Made by a program: the position numbers and the translations under genes
Assembly (NCBI GenBank): GCA_963778655.1
Contig: CAVZVA010000009.1
Coordinates: 288,001 to 352,000 of the forward strand
DNA length: 64,000 nucleotides
Source of the DNA: an uncultured delta proteobacterium
GTDB lineage: Bacteria; Myxococcota_A; Polyangia; Polyangiales; JAFGIB01
Direction of reading: 5' to 3'
Part shown: positions 62,135 to 64,000 of the stretch, one piece after another
Numbering within the stretch: the first letter of the stretch is position 1
Layout: every line of letters begins with the position of its first letter
Notes under the pieces: generated by a model
What the model was told of the DNA's origin: nothing
Seen by the model: the letters and a program-made list of their open reading frames with translations, nothing else
Database searches by the model: none

Positions 62135-63933
62135 TGCGCGCGGGCGCGACCCACGCGCCCTCGAGCCGGATCCAGCGCCGGAGCGCCGAGCTGTTTCCGC
62201 TGCTCGGCTGGCTGCGTGGCTATGGCCGCGCCGACTTCGCCGCGGACGCGCTGGCGGGCCTGACCACTGCGGTGATGTTGATCCCGCAGGGCATGGCCTA
62301 CGCCATGCTCGCCGGCATGCCCCCGATCACCGGGCTGTACGCCTCGCTGCTGCCGCCGTTGGCCTACGCGCTGCTCGGCACCAGCCGGCCGCTGGCGGTG
62401 GGGCCGCTGGCGACCGATTCGATGCTGGTCGCGGCCACGCTGGGCAGCATCGCGGCCGCAGGAAGCCCCGCGTACTTGCAGAACGCGGTGCTGCTGGCGG
62501 CGATGGTGGGCGTGATCCAACTCGCGCTGGGCCTGCTCGGGCTCGGCTTCGTGGCGAACTTTCTGGCGCGGCCGGTGCTCAGCGGCTTCACCTCCGCAGC
62601 CGCGTTGATCATCGCCGCGAGCCAGCTCGGCCCGTTGCTCGCGCTGCAGCTGCCGCGCACCCACCTGCTGCACCGCGTGGTGGGCGTGGCGTTTTCGCAG
62701 CTGTCGCACTGGCATCTGCCCACGCTGCTGCTCGGCGCAGGTAGCATCGCGCTGCTGCTCGCGCTGGGGCGCCTGCGGCCGCGGCTGCCGCGCGCGATGA
62801 TCGCGGCGCTGCTCGGGACTGCGCTGGTGGCGGCGCTCGGGTTGCGCGCGCGCGGGGTGGAGGTGGTGGGTGCGGTCCCCGCGGGCCTGCCTCACTTGAT
62901 CTGGCCGCGGATCGAGCCGGCCGTGGTGCTGCGGCTGCTGCCTGGCGCGCTGACGCTCGCGCTGGTGGCGTTCGTGGAGGCGGTTTCGGTTGGCAAGTAC
63001 TTCGCGCGCCGGGCGGGTCACGAGATCCGGCCCGGCCGCGAGCTGGTCGCCCTGGGTGTGGCGAACCTCGGCGCCAGCGTGGCCGGCGGTTTTCCTATCA
63101 GCGGCGGCTTCGCGCGTACCGCGGTCAACGCACAGGCTGGGGCGCGCACGCCGCTCGCGGGCGTGATCACGGCACTTGCCGTGGCGCTCACGCTGGCGCT
63201 GCTGACGCCCCTGTTCCACGACTTGCCGATCGCGGTGCTCGCCGCGATCGTGGTGAGCGCGGTGCTGGGGCTGTTCGACGCGCGCGAGGCGCGGCGGCTG
63301 TGGCGCGTCAAGCGCGAGGACTTCTGGCTGCTGTTGGGCACCTTCGCGGCGACCCTCGGCGCCGGCATCCAGTACGGCATCTTGATCGGCGTCGCGCTCT
63401 CGCTGCTGATGTTTCTGGTCAGCACCAGCCGCCCGCACTTCGCGCTGCTGGGGCGGATTCCCGGGACCGATGCCTATCTCAACGTCGCACGCCACCCTCA
63501 CGCCATCACCGTGCCGGGGGTGCTGGTGCTGCGCATCGACGCCCAGTTCTATTTCGGCAACGCCAGCTTTCTGAAAGATACGCTGCGGCGCCTCGCCTTC
63601 GGGGAGCAGAGCGGGGTGCACGCGGTCGTGCTCGACGCCAGCGGGATCAACCAGCTCGACAGCACGGCCGAAGACGCGTTGGCCCAGATCGATCGCGATT
63701 GCGCTGCGCACGGCGTGCGCGTGCTGTTCTCGCACGTCAAGGGACCCGTGCGCGACGTGATGCTGGCGAGCGGCCTGCTCGCGCGCCTGGCGGCCGAAAA
63801 CCGCATCCATTTCCGCACCCACGACGCCGTGCTCGCCGCGATCGGGTCGCGCTCCGGGCAGTCGGCACCGGCCGAACGCGATCCGCGCGCGCCCGCCGAC
63901 CGCATCGGCTGCGGCGCCGCGCCCCGTCCGTGA
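62134..63933 (+). CDS. sulP: SulP/SLC26 anion transporter with STAS domain
   Basis: IPQGMAYAMLAG, GLY, GTSRPLAVGP, GFTSAAA, VNAQAGART, FYFGNA STAS; TGATG coupling. Confidence 0.95.
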   Translation: MRAGATHAPSSRIQRRSAELFPLLGWLRGYGRADFAADALAGLTTAVMLIPQGMAYAMLAGMPPITGLYASLLPPLAYALLGTSRPLAVGPLATDSMLVAATLGSIAAAGSPAYLQNAVLLAAMVGVIQLALGLLGLGFVANFLARPVLSGFTSAAALIIAASQLGPLLALQLPRTHLLHRVVGVAFSQLSHWHLPTLLLGAGSIALLLALGRLRPRLPRAMIAALLGTALVAALGLRARGVEVVGAVPAGLPHLIWPRIEPAVVLRLLPGALTLALVAFVEAVSVGKYFARRAGHEIRPGRELVALGVANLGASVAGGFPISGGFARTAVNAQAGARTPLAGVITALAVALTLALLTPLFHDLPIAVLAAIVVSAVLGLFDAREARRLWRVKREDFWLLLGTFAATLGAGIQYGILIGVALSLLMFLVSTSRPHFALLGRIPGTDAYLNVARHPHAITVPGVLVLRIDAQFYFGNASFLKDTLRRLAFGEQSGVHAVVLDASGINQLDSTAEDALAQIDRDCAAHGVRVLFSHVKGPVRDVMLASGLLARLAAENRIHFRTHDAVLAAIGSRSGQSAPAERDPRAPADRIGCGAAPRP

Positions 63934-64000
63934 CGGGCAGCGGCACGCGTGCGGCCTTGCGGCTTGCGCGCGCCGGGCCGGCGTGATTGGATGTTCCGTA

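Overview
High-GC bacterial chromosomal segment, very likely Myxococcota (TIGR02266-type PilZ proteins, TSP3-OmpA protein, MYXO-CTERM-like tail, RpoH-like sigma factor, giant TPR protein). About 48 CDSs and one tRNA-Leu(TAA). The centrepiece is a type II secretion operon on the minus strand (gspC-D-E-F, an extra G-like gene, G-H-I-J-K-L-M-N; 30036-44756; no prepilin peptidase gene in the window) with a clear sigma54 promoter and an adjacent NtrC-family activator. Other genes are housekeeping (pdxH, csp, panD, mtnP, rsmI), envelope lipoproteins, signalling proteins and a persulfide dioxygenase-rhodanese/SulP pair. No CRISPR, integrase or transposase was seen. Most notable observations: (1) two otherwise unrelated single-pass membrane proteins 37 kb apart (FHA-FHA and PilZ N-termini) end in the same ungapped 75-aa domain (47/75 identical by hand); (2) a structure-conserved twin-hairpin repeat family occurs as a 99-bp tandem array behind the tRNA, as dispersed copies, and in frame in pseudopilin leader peptides; (3) a 193-bp MITE is present twice, both times at a CTAG containing a TAG stop codon; (4) an ECF sigma factor with a fused zinc finger lies divergent from the persulfide genes; (5) an orphan SctL/FliH-like gene is coupled to a site-2 protease. 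Two genes (UPF0182, gspE) carry single-base frameshifts that are probably assembly errors. All assignments come from reading motifs by eye; no database searches were run.
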